DNA of 64,000 nt from Octopus vulgaris. Its lineage: Eukaryota. Positions 52,281-64,000 of this stretch are shown here, in pieces. Every line of letters begins with the position of its first letter. Positions within the stretch are counted from its first letter, which is position 1. Location: NCBI GenBank assembly GCA_951406725.2, contig OX597820.1:62248001-62312000 (forward strand), in the 5' to 3' direction. The notes beneath the pieces were generated by a model. The model saw nothing but the letters and a program-made list of their open reading frames with translations. It ran no database searches and was not told the origin of the DNA. The translations under genes were made by a program, and so were the position numbers.

Positions 52281-52520
52281 GTATATGTGTGTGTGTATTC
52301 ATGTCTGTGCTTATCCAACGCCACCGCTTGACAGTCAGTGTCGGTGTGTTTACGTCACCGTATGTTAGCGGTTCGGCAAAAGAGAACGATAAATTAAAAA
52401 AAATAACAGGCTTAACAGAAGACATAAGTAATAGGGTCGATTCATTCGAGTAAAATTCTTCAAGGCGGTACCCCAGCGTGGCTTCAATTTAATGAGAGTA
52501 ACAAGTAAAGATAAAAGATA
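52281..52520 (+). mobile_element. SINE family A 3' fragment
   Basis: ggtgtgtttacgtc..agcggttcggcaaaagaga..aaggcggtaccccagcgtgg. Confidence 0.7.
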
Positions 52521-52560
52521 AACATATATATCTATCTATACACACGCACATATACACACC

Positions 52561-52626
<66 letters not shown>

Positions 52627-52780
52627 CACATACATAGAAGCACAGCTATACACACGCAAACACACACGTGTGTGTGTGTAGAAGAGCTGGTCAGGCAGAA
52701 ACGTTTTGATCATATGTCTGTTTGATCAGCGTTGACTTGAGGCTAATAACAACAACAATAACAACAAACACCATCACCAT

Positions 52781-52835
<55 letters not shown>

Positions 52836-53654
52836 GCTACTACACTTCCAAATCACCTGTGTGTATAGGTTTAATGAAGCAATGCAACTGTTTTTACGTA
52901 AAGATTGAAATAAATAAATTTCTACTTATTTCTCTCTTCCCACCTTGCACAGCTTTGAGCCTAGCCACATCTGCCCCCTCCATACTCTTATTCTCGCTAC
53001 CCCCTCACACCTCAATTTCCATTTACTTTAGATTCTTTTTTTTTCTTTTCTTATTTACTTTTCTTTCTGTTTTTTTTTTCTTCTTTACGTTTCACTTTTC
53101 CGTCTCCTCTTTATAAAGACGTAGATTTGTATACGTAAATACATCTATCCGTCTATCCACAGTTATATGTCTATCCACCCACCACACAAACAAATACACA
53201 CACACACACACGCGCACACACACACACACATATATATGTGTATGTACAGATATATACATGTATATGTATGTGTATATATAAATATATGTATATACATACA
53301 CACTGACATATATACATATATTTATATATATACATATGAATATATATATATCTGTGTGTGTGTGTGTGTGTGTACGTATATACAAATATATAGTTATTTT
53401 TATATATGTCTTTTTTCTCATTCATTTCTAATTCCGTGTCCCTTAAGACGATGTCTAACTTCTCACTCCCCCTCTGTCTCTTTCTCTCTCTCTTTGTCTC
53501 TATCTTTTATGCTACCTTTTTTCTGTCACTACTCTCTCGCTTTCTCTGCTTCTTTCTCTCTCCCATCTCCTTCACTCCCATCTCTCCCATCTCTTTCTCT
53601 CTGCCTCCCACGTTTTTCCTCATTCTCTTTAATCTTTTACTTTTTTTAATAATT

Positions 53655-53829
53655 TGACTATGGCCATGCTGGAGCACCACCTTTAGTCGAACAAATAGAC
53701 TCCAGGTCTCTTTTGTTTGGAAGCCTAGTACTTATTCTATCGGTTTCTTTTGCCGAACCGTTAAGTTACGGTTACGTAAACACACCACCATTAGTGGTCA
53801 AGCGATGTTGGGGGACAAACAAAGACACA

Positions 53830-53899
<70 letters not shown>

Positions 53900-54065
53900 T
53901 ATGACGAGCTTCTTTCAGTTTCCGTCTACCAAATCCATTCACAAGGCTTTGGTCGGCCAGAGGCTATAATAGAATACACTTGCCCAAGGTGCCACACAGT
54001 GGGACTGAATCCGCGATCATATATTTCGTAAGCAAGCTACTTACCACACATCCACTCCTCCGCCT
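53655..54065 (-). mobile_element. SINE family A
   Basis: Near-complete reverse copy with internal (CA)n(TA)n. Confidence 0.85.
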
Positions 54066-54204
54066 ATATTCTCTTTACCTTTCACTCCAGCATCCATTTT
54101 GTGTATGTGCACACCTGTGAATCAAGATGCGTTACATAAATACTAACACTATTGCAAACAGCATCATCGTACCTCTCTTGCCTCCTCCTCCTCCTCCTCC
54201 TCCA

Positions 54205-54558
54205 CCTTCATCATCATCATCATCATCATCGTTAACATCATCATCGTCGTTATCATTATTGTCGTCATCACAATCAGCGCCGTCATCACTATCATAGTCA
54301 TGATTGTCGTCGTTGTCAGCTTCATCATCATCATCATCGTCATCATCACCATCATCATCATCACCGTCATCATCATCATCATCATCATCAACAACATCAT
54401 CATCGTCAATATCGTCATTATCGTTATCATCATTGTCGTCATCACAATCATCGTCGTCATCACCGTCATAGTCGTGATTGTCTTCGTTGTCAGCCTCATC
54501 ATCATCATCATCGTCGTCATCATCATCATCATCGTCGTCATCATCATCATCATCGTTG

Positions 54559-54593
<35 letters not shown>

Positions 54594-54620
54594 GCCGTCG
54601 TTATCGTCAGCATCATCATT
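54205..54620. repeat. Degenerate (CAT)n tract
   Basis: Directly visible; produces poly-M/I/S pseudo-ORFs. Confidence 0.9.
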
Positions 54621-54803
54621 ATCCTCACAGCCACTGTCGCTATTGTATTCCTTAGTACCGACACCATCACAAGGCTATGATCACCAGAAAGAAGACCTCC
54701 ATCACAACCATTGCTGTCGCCTCCTTTCTTAATCACCAACACCACCACCGCAACGGTTCATCGCCAACTCATACTGCGATCCTCAGCAGAAACATCACGG
54801 AGA

Positions 54804-54834
<31 letters not shown>

Positions 54835-55019
54835 TACCATCTCATACAGCAAAACAACATTAACAACAGCGCCACACTTACAAATACCATCACCACAACC
54901 GTCTTTATCAACATAACGTCATGTGACTTGATTTGAATTTTATTTCGCATCATTGATTTATTAATCACACCATCCTACCAAAATTACTCTGCCCCATCTA
55001 GCTTCCCTCTCATCCATTC

Positions 55020-55442
55020 ACACACACACACACACACACAGACCTACACGCACACATACACACACACAGGCACGCACACACACACATGCGCGCACACACA
55101 CATACACATTCGCACATACATATATACATGCACACACAATAAGTAAGTAAATAATTCGCGCCTCATTTCGTTCCGATATCGATCTAAAGTTTATCACCAA
55201 ATCTAGCTGGAAATTATTAAATGATTATACATACATACATACATACATACATACATACATACATACATACATACATACATACATACATACATCACCATCA
55301 TATATATATATATATATATATATACATCTTAAAACTTGTGCTGTCTTGCATGTGTCTGTGTGTGTATGTATATATGTTGTATGTGTATATATATATATTA
55401 TGTATGGATATATATATATGTGTATGTGTGTGTGTGTATACA

Positions 55443-55495
<53 letters not shown>

Positions 55496-55533
55496 CATCA
55501 TCATTACCATATATATATATATATACACGTACA

Positions 55534-55591
<58 letters not shown>

Positions 55592-56211
55592 GATGTATAT
55601 ATGTGTGCGTGTGTCTACCTATAAGAATATATGTAGATGTGTGTGTATGTGTCCATGTGTGTATACGTAAATCTGAATATGCTTATGAAGTTCTGAATAT
55701 ATGTAGGTATTTTGCCACAAACACACAGACCAATACACTCAAACATGCACGCACACAAACGTGTATGCTTGTGTTTGTATTCTCTGTATTTGCTTCTGTT
55801 AGTTTGTAGGTTTGTGTTTGTATAATTAGAATTAGAATGATATATTTAAGTATGCAGCGCTTGATTGCATGCCTATGTATGTATTTATGAGTGTATGTAT
55901 GTATGTATGTATGTATGTATGTATGTATGTATGTATGTATGTATGTATGTATTTAAGTAGTATGTATGAGTGTATGTATGTATGTGTGTATGTATTTATG
56001 TATGTATTTATGTATGTATGTATGTATGTGCGTATGTATGTATGTATGTATGTATGAGTGTATGTATGTATGTATGTATGTATGTATGTATATATGTATG
56101 TATGTATGCATGCATGTATGTTTGTACGTAGTTATGACTGTGTATGAGCATATGCGTTTCTGATGGGAGGCAGTGGTTGATCACGTGCTTTTATGTATGT
56201 CTATGTGTGCC

Positions 56212-56253
<42 letters not shown>

Positions 56254-57156
56254 TGTGTGTGTGTGTGTGTTAGAGAGAAACCGTTTATTAAAGTTTAGAC
56301 AAATGAGAATTGCAAAAGGAAAAAATATGGTATATCTATTTGTATGAGCTTTTAAGAACATTTATCAACACACTAAAACACAGAGGCTCACCCACACTCA
56401 TTGACATACACATGTATATGTACGTCTGTCTCCTTTCTCTCTCTCTCTCTGACTATCTGAATATATATGTGTGTGTGTGTGTATGTGTGCAGGGAGAAGG
56501 GCAGACGAAGACAGGGAAAGAGCTATTAAAATCAAATTAAACCTTATCTGATAAGTACTCAATATGTATAGTGAAGATAAATATTTGTTATATAGTCTAC
56601 ACACACACGCGCACACACACACATACATATCCACACCTATGACTCTCTCCTCACACGCATATAAGCATCTGTATGTGTCTTGCATGTATGCATGTGTGTG
56701 TATGTGTGTGTGTGTGTGTGTGTATATTTGTATTTATTTGTGCTTGAGTTTTATCTACTGTTCATCTACTCATCCAGTATATACACATAGACGCCAAATG
56801 GTTTCTATATTTGTACAAGCCGTAATTAGTGTACATAGTATTTAATATATACATTATATATACACTCATTAATCATTATAAATTAAACAAATAGCCACCG
56901 TATACACACTAAGCACAGCATCCGTAGACACTAAAACGTCATTTAACTTACTCTACACAGTCTTTGAATTGTCCACGCACACTCAAAAAAATACACATGC
57001 TCACACGTACACACAGTAATATATACGCACATACACGAACAGAAATATATATATATATAGTCTTTGAATTGCCCACGCACACTCAAATAAATACACATGC
57101 TCACACGTACACACAGTAATATATACGCTCATATTTCTAAATTCGAACAGAAACCT

Positions 57157-57217
<61 letters not shown>

Positions 57218-57250
57218 CATGTGTGTATGTATGTGTGTGTATTTGTGTGT
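55020..57250. repeat. Compound microsatellite block including a 100-bp-period duplication at 56959-57128
   Basis: CA, TACA, TA, TATC and TATG repeats; agtctttgaattg.ccacgcacactcaaa at 56959 and 57059. Confidence 0.85.
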
Positions 57251-57654
57251 ATATGATAGTTGTGCATAACAATATACTCACTAAACGCATATTTAAAATA
57301 AAGTTCATACTCACAAACAGACATAAAGCTATCTATCGTACCTATTACAATGCGTAACTTTACGGTCTATATTTTTACCCCTTGTTGAAGTTAACATTTT
57401 GACTCAACACCCGTCTCACACCAACTGAACGCAAGCATATTCGGAGACACACACACTGCATAATGAAGATGTGAAGATAAAATAAAGCATTGTTTTAGTG
57501 ATGCTAAAGAAACGCAGAACATACCTTCTAAAGGCACTCTTCGAAGTTATCTTCTTTCAATTCGTCGAACATATTTGAGTTTGGCAGTACTGAAGAAGTA
57601 TTTGTATAGTCAGGGTTCAAGAAAACAATATAGGTTAACGTAAATACTTTTTAA

Positions 57655-58031
57655 GCCTGAAATTTGTGGGGGAGTGGGGAATAGTCGAGTCCATCGATCC
57701 CAGTGTTTCACTGGTACTTAAATTATCTACCTCGAAATGATGCAAAGCAAAATTGACATCAGCGGAATTTGAACTCAGAACGTTGCGGCAGACGAAATAC
57801 TTATTTCTTTTCTATCCACAAGAGGCTAAACACAGAGAGGACAAACAAGGACAGACAAATGGATTCAGTCAATTACATCGACCCGAGTGCATCACTGGTA
57901 CTTACTTTATCGACCTCGAAAGGATGAAAGGTAAAGTCGACCTCGGCGGAATTTGAAATCAGAACGCAGCGGCAGACGAAATACTGCTAAGCATTTCGTC
58001 CGGCGTACTAACGATACTGCCAGCTTGCCGC
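57655..58031 (-). mobile_element. SINE family B composite dimer
   Basis: Same dimer junction as the 12370, 34735 and 49140 copies. Confidence 0.8.
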
Positions 58032-59842
58032 GTATAGATTAGCATAAATCAAGAGACCGAAGTCCATACTTCATAATGGAAATTAAGCATAGTTAAATAA
58101 ATGCTTATTCAAAGTTTAAAATAACAAAAAAAGTAATTACCTTTTTTCAACATAGTAAACTAAGTTCAAATCACGCTGTGGTTGACATTGCATCTCTTGG
58201 ATTTGGAACAGATAAAACAATTACCTACAAATCCAACACAATAATGAATATACTTCTTGAGAAAAGCTCATCAACATGATTGAAACATAATATTTAGTAT
58301 ACAGGAAATATTTTACCTTTTTTTAGTGTATTGCTAGTTGTTCAGAGTAAGTATGCAAATTTCTTTGAATGGATAAGCATTCATGTTCATGATTATAGCT
58401 CTCTAGTGTCCAAAACTTTAAAGCATTAAATAAAAGAGAAAAAATGAAAAATAAAATTTTTTTTACGCTATTAATATCCAGGAAATAGCGATTTCCGCGA
58501 AATCCGGAAACTGTAATAAGTATATATGATCTATTTACAATGATCTTTATTGCATCGTGATGTCAACAATCAGAATTAAGCGATGTGATTAATGAAGAAT
58601 GGAAAAATCTGACACGGATTTCATGCATTACCGAAATGAAGAAATGAATGTTTCAAAACAGCTAAATCATAAAAATCATGAAACCTGTATGTAATGTAGT
58701 AAAGGTATGATACATGTTAAAACTAAATATATTCCTAATCCCGTTCTCAAACATGATAAAAGTCCTTCGTATAAAATCCAACATTTTGTTAAGAAATTTT
58801 ATTTTCTAAGGATGAAGCGTTATACAAGCTCTTATTAAAAATCAAGCATGCAAAAGAAATCTTTTGGTACAATCGGTTTATGTAATGTTAGTATATTATT
58901 TGCTTTGTTTTTTTTTTCAATAATAAAAATATTATCTTAAGATTAAGTTAGCATTTTTAACTATTTTTAAGTACGCACTTATTCTTTCAGTAATTCCGGA
59001 AAAAGAAGTTAGACTGCTACAATCCTTCTTATTACTGAATTAGAGTCAATATATAAACCCCAGCCTTTAACTTTTCCGTGACTAAAGTACTTTCTACCGT
59101 CCAAAAACTTAACATGTGAATTTGCGTCTTATAATACTGAGTATGGAATGGCTCGGGCTGCTATATCCTACCTGGTATAGAGCAAGAGCTCTCACAATAC
59201 ACGTGGATAATATAATCCTCAACACACTATTCCAGAAATAAAATGATGGGATGATTACCATTTTATATCCTCTAGTCATTGGTTAGTTTAATCAAGACTG
59301 ATATGGGGCTCAGTAGGAATGAGTGGAGATCTGTGACCACTCGAACCTAGACGAAATCTTTTCTCAGTACATATTATACATTCGCTCAAGTAGTTTGAAC
59401 ACGTCAATAAATCAATAAAACCAAATGATAAAAATACACATATATTAAAACACAACAGGAATATAAAACGTTTTCAGAAGGAAGCCAAGGGCGAAATTTC
59501 TATCTATCAGTTGAAGCTGCTACGAAGAACTGTTAAATACTCATTCCATCAGTTCGTACCATTATATATATTTTTTTATTTTAAAGAATATATACATTTA
59601 ACAATGTATTCGAATATATACCATGTCTTCCAGAACTGGGATGCGGAAATTCCAAGAAGGATATACAATGAAATTGATTCATTATCTTTTGTTACTAAAT
59701 TCAAACATAAATGAAATCCTTTTATGTAATTAACAGCTCTATTCACTCAAAGAAAAGACGAGCATCACAACTCGTTACAGAAAATAACTTCAATTTCATA
59801 TTGATTTTTGTCCAGTAAACATGCCCTAGATGTAGTTAATTT

Positions 59843-59975
59843 TTCTTCTTCTTCTTCTTCTTCTTCTTCTTCTTCTTCTTCTTCTTCTTCTTCTTCTTCT
59901 TCTTCTTCTTCTTCTTCTTCTTCTTCTTCTTCTCCTCCGCCTCCCCCTCCGCCTCCCCCTCCTCCTCCTCCTTCC
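59843..59975. repeat. (TTC)n/(CCT)n
   Basis: Directly visible. Confidence 0.95.
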
Positions 59976-60082
59976 TCGATGAAAACTCCCAGCTTATTTT
60001 GCTGGGTATGACGGAAAGTGTCAGCTATCCACAGCCAGCAGACTAAGGTGGCATATGTTTACTGGTCGTGCCTCAATGACCC

Positions 60083-60147
<65 letters not shown>

Positions 60148-61096
60148 TTTTTTTTCTTCTTTCAAATTTGGTTCCATTTCTTGCCGAGTGTCTTCCCGAC
60201 TCCTAGGGCAAAGAAACTCATAGTATACATTGGTAGGCCATTAAACCAAACTCAATAGTTCGTTCATTTTTTTATTTTTTTTTTTAAAGTTAAATTAAAA
60301 TACATGAGCAGCAACAGTTCTCACATCGACAATGCTCTTCTCAATACGTGTGATGTACCAGTTAAGACAATCTTTTGCACTTCTTGCAGGGATGGTAAGC
60401 CAGGGATCATTCTCATATAATTTTCGGTTCCCTTCTTGATCATTCCTAGTGCTCCTACGATCACTGGTATTGTAACCGCCTTGAGATGCCACATTTTCTC
60501 AATTTCAATGAGTAGGTCTTTATATTTTCTGAGCTTGTCAAACTCTTTCGCTGAGATATTATGATCACAGGGGATGCTCATGTCGATCAATAAGCAAACT
60601 TTATTGTTTTGGTCTTTCACAACAATATCTGGTTTATTGGTCTTGATGGTTCGGTCTGTATATACTGGAAAGTCCCACAGAATGGTTACATTTTCTCCTT
60701 CAGTTACAGCCTCAGGGTAGTGATTATACCACTTGTCGGCAGTTTTGATATTGTAATGCCGACTTATTAGCCAGTGGAGATATTGGCCAACTCTGTCATG
60801 TCTTAATTTATACTCCACTGGTGCTAAGACTTTACATCCAGAGATTAGGTGGTCCACTGTTTCAATCATGTCGTTGCAGAATCGGCATTTTGGGTCTGCT
60901 CCATTTTTCATCACATTGGCCTGGTAGTTCCGGGTTAATAGGCTTTGATCTTGAGCAGCCAGGATGAAACCTTCGCTCTCTGCTTTTAGCCCTGAGCTCC
61001 GTAGCCACTGATGGGTTTGCTTCTGGTCAACATCAGCTTGTTTGCTGCGGATCACATATTTGCCGTGCAGAGGTTTCTCCTCCCACCTATCAGCCA

Positions 61097-61097
<1 letters not shown>
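60148..61097 (-). mobile_element. 5'-truncated R4/Dong-like LINE (CCHC zinc knuckle + RLE) inserted in (TAA)n
   Basis: Uninterrupted 258-aa ORF: KPLHGKY, AAQDQ, CRFC..ETVDHLISGC, RHD, LWDF..TDR..KPDIVV..LLIDMSIP, KYKDL. (TTA)n on both sides (about 60083-60147 and 61098-61171). Confidence 0.92.
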
Positions 61098-61173
<76 letters not shown>

Positions 61174-61194
61174 AGTGAAAGAAGGGTAAAATAT

Positions 61195-61600
61195 ACCAAG
61201 CCCAGTATACCCATCATGACTACCCGTCTGATAAGGGTGCACCAGTCACATGCATTACAACCATATGTGCGCGACATGGTGATCTCATATAAAGATAAAC
61301 AGCGCTCGACCTTGAAGGTGGAACCCTAGAATTGTCTTCAGGTCGAGTAGCCCATCCCGCTCAAAAGATCCCTGAATTAGGGTTGTTTATGGATGTTGAA
61401 CGAAACACCCATATTTCCAAAGGCGAATTATTGAAACCCCAAACAATTCCTTTCAATACATGGCTATGATGCTCCCCCATTACTTCGAACATATCGTCAG
61501 CCACAAAAGGACATGATCAACTGGTTAAGGTCAAACAACTGACAGACAAATCTGTGGTATTGAGCTGTATTGAGCGGTATTTGCTGTAGCCCAGCTTTTA
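61195..61600. repeat. Unclassified GC-richer segment, probably an interspersed repeat
   Basis: Compositional contrast with flanks only; no second copy seen in the window. Confidence 0.25.
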
Positions 61601-62778
61601 CAGGGTCTCCCTAACAGATAAAAGGGTAGGTGGCAATTGCATTTTCCTCAGAAACTGACTCGAAAGCTTGCAAGGGAATATACACTGCAAACGGTACCAA
61701 AATTCATGTGATGGTGATTCGCTCGATCAAAGATCTGACTTTACCCTCTGAAAACATGAACGCCCGTTCTTCTGCATGTTTCACACAGTACTTATCTATC
61801 CAAATTTAACTAATTGTTTGACCACCCATCGAGACAATGATACACAATGAGCTACGCAGTGGAAACGAGCATGAAACCGTGTGGTGGCGAAGCAAACTTA
61901 TTGACCAAGTAGCTATATCTATGTATATTCTAGTTCTGTAGTAATTGAACCTGTACAACTTTAGTCCAATCAAATATTTGCACTCGCATTCCTCGCTCAC
62001 ACTCATCCTGACATACAGCTCTCAAATTCATCCCTACCACTCATCCCTAATGAATCAATAAACCGGATGTTATTGATCTCTGATATTTCATGATTGAATC
62101 ACAAAATATTCCTGGTAGAGTAAATCCACTGGCTCTGCATAACTATTAAATCTTCCAATAAAACTTTCTTTTGATCTTTTCACCAAATACAAAAATCTCC
62201 ATATTTAAACTATTTGAAGCTTTTCCTGAGAAACATGAATGATTTCTTCGGGCAGCACAAATGCGAAATCCAAACCGCACTGCACACACTCATGATCTAT
62301 GGTACCTACAGCCCAATCGCTTCCAATATTGATTGAACCAACGAGGCAACCTCTGCGTGATCAGTCGATTTGCTAGAAATAATAGACACCTATCCTTCAA
62401 TTCGCATTACCATAAAAACAGCTGGACGCAGTAGAGAATGCAGTCTTATAGAAAAATAGGATGGACTCGCTAAAAATGACTTTGAGCAGAATTCCGTAGG
62501 ATTAGTGGGGATTTAGGGTTAAAGAATAATGCAATTAATCTAATATAGCTTTCTTATAACAAATTCATTTTTTTATTTCGAAAATTCACTATCATGTTGT
62601 TTTGATGTGTGTATATATGTATGTAGGTATATATGTATGTATGAGGCGACTAGTTGGCAGAGACATTGAAACAATGGATAGATTTCTTTCGATATTCGTT
62701 CCGGTTCTCTACACTTCTAGTTCAATTCACAAAGAGATCAAATTTCATCCTTTCGTGGTTGATATATAAAATACCGAC

Positions 62779-62970
62779 GGCGGCGAGCTGGCAGAAGCGT
62801 TAGGACGCTGAGCGAAATGTGTAGCAGTATTTCGTCTGTCTTTACGTTCTGAGTTCAAATTCCGGCGAGGTCTACTTTGCCTTTCATCCTTGCGGGGTCG
62901 ATAAATTAAGTATCAGTGACGTACTGGGGTCGAGCTAATGGAGGGGCTCCCTCTCCCCAAATTTCGGGCT
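62779..62970 (+). mobile_element. SINE family B monomer
   Basis: ggcggcgagctggcagaagcgttag...gagttcaaattcc...ggggtcgataaattaag. Confidence 0.85.
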
Positions 62971-63123
62971 TTAAAAGGATATTTAAAATACCTGTTCTGT
63001 ACTGAGGTCAGTTCTCTTTCGCTAGTTTTTTCTTTCTTTGATTACATTTTAATGCATGAGGGACTATATTTAGAAATACAATACATGCTACATCCGAAAA
63101 TTTATGATATTTATGTACACACA

Positions 63124-63187
<64 letters not shown>

Positions 63188-63604
63188 AACACATACGCGC
63201 ATATACATACATACACGCACGCGCGTATATATTTATATAAATGTATGTACGTATATGGCTAACTTCCGACGTCGGAAGCACTAGGCTTGGAGGAAGTCAT
63301 TGGATTTTAAGTTACCTCTCTGAACTCTACTCTGGGATATCAATACTACTCTTACTTTGTGTTATCCCACAAAATCTATGTTTTTGTGGGTGAATGTGTG
63401 TGGTGTGTGTGATTTGTAGTATGTTTCTGTGTGTCTGTGAGTGTTGGTACGCGTGCAAAATAGAAAGTGACATGAGTTTACTTTTTAAAAAGTGGAGAAT
63501 ATATATACACACACAGGCTCTCGATAAACGCGTTGTCAGGAACCCAGTATAATTTGCGGCAGAACGTAGAATTGTTTTTGACTGAGAATGAATTGAGAAG
63601 GCAG

Positions 63605-63750
63605 ACAGCGGTTCGGGGAAAGAGACCGATAGAATAAGTACTAGGCTCACAAAGAATAAGTCCTGGGGTCGATTTGTTCGACTAAAGGCGGTGCTCCAGC
63701 ATGGCTGCAGTCAAATGACTGAAACAAGTAAAAGAGTAAAAGAGTAAAAA
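63605..63750 (+). mobile_element. SINE family A 3' fragment
   Basis: agcggttcgg...ctggggtcgatttgttcgactaaaggcggtgctccagcatgg...gaaacaag(taaaagag)n. Confidence 0.85.
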
Positions 63751-64000
63751 AGAGAGAGATTCGACCCTTTTCCAAATGAAGGTGTTGAAGTACATGAGTT
63801 TGATAATCCGAAGTTCCACACTCAGTTATACTATTGTCAATGTCTACACAGGTTCAGAATCTCCTTCCTGGTATAGACCAAAGGCTCGAAATTGACATCC
63901 AATCATACGTTGTTGCATGGGGTGTTCAGGGATCTCCTGCACCTGGTAATCTCCGAAAACCACAAGGCTATAGTGGGTAATTGTGGTATTACATGTGTGT

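Noticed and set aside
53092-57357. Numerous YI/CV/HT/poly-M ORFs here and at 9.8-10.9 kb, 22-24 kb and 27 kb
   Set aside because: Stop-free microsatellite frames.

Overview
AT-rich, microsatellite-dense eukaryotic DNA with no host protein-coding exon that I can support. The tRNA-derived SINE families and the TA/CA/TAA/GAA repeat load suggest a coleoid cephalopod such as octopus (inference, no search run). The window is a mosaic of transposable elements: a full-length RTE LINE with an 11-bp TSD and a nested CR1-like fragment, two mariner elements with TIRs, R4/Dong-like LINE fragments inserted in (TAA)n, CR1 and Jockey-like remnants, a non-autonomous Helitron, several SINE families and Penelope-like (GIY-YIG) elements. 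The most notable signal is about 10 minimal hammerhead-ribozyme (HHR) motifs from several unrelated families. One family is a tRNA-headed, HHR-containing unit that forms the 3' terminus of a Penelope element and also occurs alone as inverted insertions. Another is a young 506-bp-period, retrozyme-like element with an apparently intact HHR. Most long ORFs in the supplied track are microsatellite artefacts. Coordinates were read by eye, so degenerate element boundaries are approximate.
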